Source of the DNA: Marsupella aquatica | Lineage: Eukaryota > Plantae > Marchantiophyta | DNA: 64,000 nt | Assembly (NCBI GenBank): GCA_973895155.1 | Contig: OZ316896.1 | Location: 14,356,684-14,420,683 of the forward strand | Direction of reading: 5' to 3' | In this document: positions 61,831 through 64,000 of the stretch, piece by piece | How positions within the stretch are numbered: position 1 is the stretch's first letter | Layout of the letters: each line of letters starts with the position of its first letter | Made by a program: the position numbers and the translations under genes | The notes under the pieces: generated by a model | Databases searched by the model: none | What the model was told of the DNA's origin: nothing | What the model saw: only the letters and a program-made list of their open reading frames with translations

Positions 61831-62045
61831 TGGTTGACCTTGCCACCCAACACCCTCACCAATCCTACCCATGCCTAAGTGCCCTTGGTGCCCGAACACC
61901 TCAATGGGACTTGAGCAAGGAACTTCGTGCCCCTTGCAACCCCAGCGCCCACTCCCATACAAAGCCGCACTTGCTTCCTAACACAATCGTCGTTCAATGA
62001 TCTTCATTGTTTGCACAAGAAACCAATTACTTTGGTAACTAAGTA
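61831..62045 (-). repeat. Part of the 5' LTR next to the PBS; related copies in the opposite orientation at about 62605-62826 and 63490-63690
   Basis: gaccttgccacccaacaccctcacc.atcc on plus at 61836, and its reverse complement ggatcggtgagggtgttgggtggcaaggtc at about 62791-62820, with a more diverged copy at about 63660-63690. Confidence 0.75.
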
Positions 62046-63859
62046 ACCCAAAGGACTAGGCCTGGCTTCCAAGACTAGCATCCTCACTCAAGCTCAACAA
62101 CATTGGTAAGTAGGTCAGCAAATAGAACCTCCCGAGCCCGCATGGCCTTGCCATAAGCCAGAGCCAACACCCACTATTTGTCCCAAACAACCCCTCTTTG
62201 GGTGCAGCCCATGCTCCCTCACATTCATATTTGTCACTAGCTGACCGTACTGGCCTCAGGACATGCTCATGGCCCCAATAGTGTAGCTTGTCCCCAAAGC
62301 TTGTCCTAGAACGTCGAGACCAAATTTTCCCCAACTCTAGCAACCAACTCACGGTTCTCACTCAACTGGTAGCCTAGGGGCAAGTGCACTTGGAACTCCA
62401 CCTCCATGTCTACTTGGCTTTTCCTCCCCAATGCAAGTTCCCATGGGAAATTGACCGCGGCTTGGCTCCTATTTTGGAAGGATTCGGGAAGCGGGTGAGA
62501 TAGCCCCACAAACCCTGAGCATCCATGGCATCCCCAGACCCAGCTGATCTCAAGAGGATGTAGTCCTCCTCTAGAGCTTTCCAACGCATCGAAGAAGTCC
62601 TGAAGGGTTACTTATCGAGATGCTTGGTTGCTTGTGCAGACATTGAGGAAAGTTGAGTAGGGGTCGTGTTGGAGAACAAGTGCGGCTTCGTATGGGAGGG
62701 GCCTCTGGTGGTGCAAGGGGCACTAGGTTGCTTGCTCGAGGTATTCCGTGAAGGCATTCGGGCACCAGGAGCACTTAGGCGTGGGTGTTGGGATCGGTGA
62801 GGGTGTTGGGTGGCAAGGTCCACCACTGTTAGTCTTGGGCTCAAGAGGAGCTCTCATTCAAGCCCTCAAAACTCAAAGTTTGTCCCGATGTCCGGACGGT
62901 CCACCCTGAGCCCTGTCCTTTCCCGTGACCCGACTAGCCCAAAGCTAGTCTAAGTCCTTAGTGTGCGTCACCAGCTTAGCACCTTGTCCTTGATAGGGCC
63001 ACGCCTTGTTACCCACTAGTCTCTCCATACTTAGTCCCCACAGGATGACCGTTCTTGGGGCTTGGACCATAGAGGAGCTCAACGTCGGAGTCTGCAATGT
63101 TGGAGTCTACAACGTCAGAGCAAAGTGTTAAGGTAGTCGAGTTCCACGATTACCCCGAGGCTATCAGTTAAGCGAGAACAATGAGTTGGTTGCTAGAGTT
63201 GAGGTCATTCTGGTCCCGACGTTTTAGAACAAGCTAAGTTATTTGGGCCATGAACATGTGTTGGGGACAGGGCGGTCAGCCAATGACGAATAGGAAATGA
63301 GAAAGCATGGACTACACCCAAAGAGGGGCTATTTTGGACGATCAGGGGATGTCGGCTCTGGTTTCGGCTTCTGGTAAAGCCATGCAAGCCTGAGAGATTC
63401 TATTCGCTAACCTACTTACCAATGTCTGTGAAGTTTGAATTAGGATGCTAGTCTTAGAAAACCTAGATCTTTTGGGTTATTTATTAAGGTGTTTGGTTGC
63501 TTGTGTAGACAATAAACACCGTTGACCAAAGGTCGTGTTAGAAAACAAGTGCAACTTCGTATGAGAGTGGCCGTTGGAGGTGCACAAGGCACCAGGTTGC
63601 TTGTTTAAGGAGTTCAGTGGAAGCGTTAGGGCACCAAGAGCACTTAGACATGGATGCTAAGATTGGTGAAGACGTTGGATGGCAAGTTACATCATTTTTG
63701 CTTGACACCGAGCTAACAATATAAAAACCTAATTTTAGTGCGACATGGTACTCATAGGTGTTCTCAAAAGAAGCTTAGTTTCAGCAAGGTAAGATGAGCA
63801 ACAGATTATCCATATAACCTTGCACAGGTTTTGAGGAAACTGCATCATATGACTTCTCA

Positions 63860-63992
63860 GCACATCTTACAAACCTAGTGCCCTACCAAAACTAGTGAGG
63901 CCAAACACATTTTACAAACCTAGTGCCTTACCAAAACAAGTGAGGTCCAGCACATCTTACAAACCTAGTGTCTTACCAAAACTAGTGAGGCT
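63860..63992. repeat. Tandem repeat, about 45 bp x3
   Basis: cacat.ttacaaacctagtg..taccaaaac.agtgagg occurs three times. Confidence 0.9.
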
Positions 63993-64000
63993 CATGTTGA

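Overview
Eukaryotic land-plant nuclear DNA (GT-AG introns, CACTA and Ty3/Gypsy relics; a bryophyte such as a liverwort is my guess, not shown). I can reconstruct five host genes: a secreted A1 aspartic protease (minus, runs off the left edge), an uncharacterised single-TM protein with a plastid-transit-like N-terminus (minus, 4 exons), TIM17 (minus), an intronless full-length RanBPM/RanBP9-10 (GID1-like; SPRY-LisH-CTLH-CRA, plus), and a chimeric multi-exon gene at about 25164-29486 that the ORF track splits into five pieces. The chimera is the highlight. Spliced in frame, it encodes an MLKL/UND-like four-helix bundle, a coiled coil, a degenerate U-box, a TPR-like hairpin and three tandem SPRY domains copied from the RanBPM gene about 20 kb downstream. 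Substitutions in the three SPRY copies cluster in predicted loops. A promoter-bearing, SPRY-only RanBPM copy lies between the two genes, and both derived copies end in sequence similar to the TIM17 upstream region. The locus reads as a locally assembled TRIM-like or integrated-decoy-like receptor/E3 candidate. Function is inferred, and the first splice junction of the chimera is unresolved. The rest of the window is TE relics (a non-autonomous CACTA with intact ends, a decayed Gypsy, a decayed ParB-like ORF, dispersed and tandem repeats).
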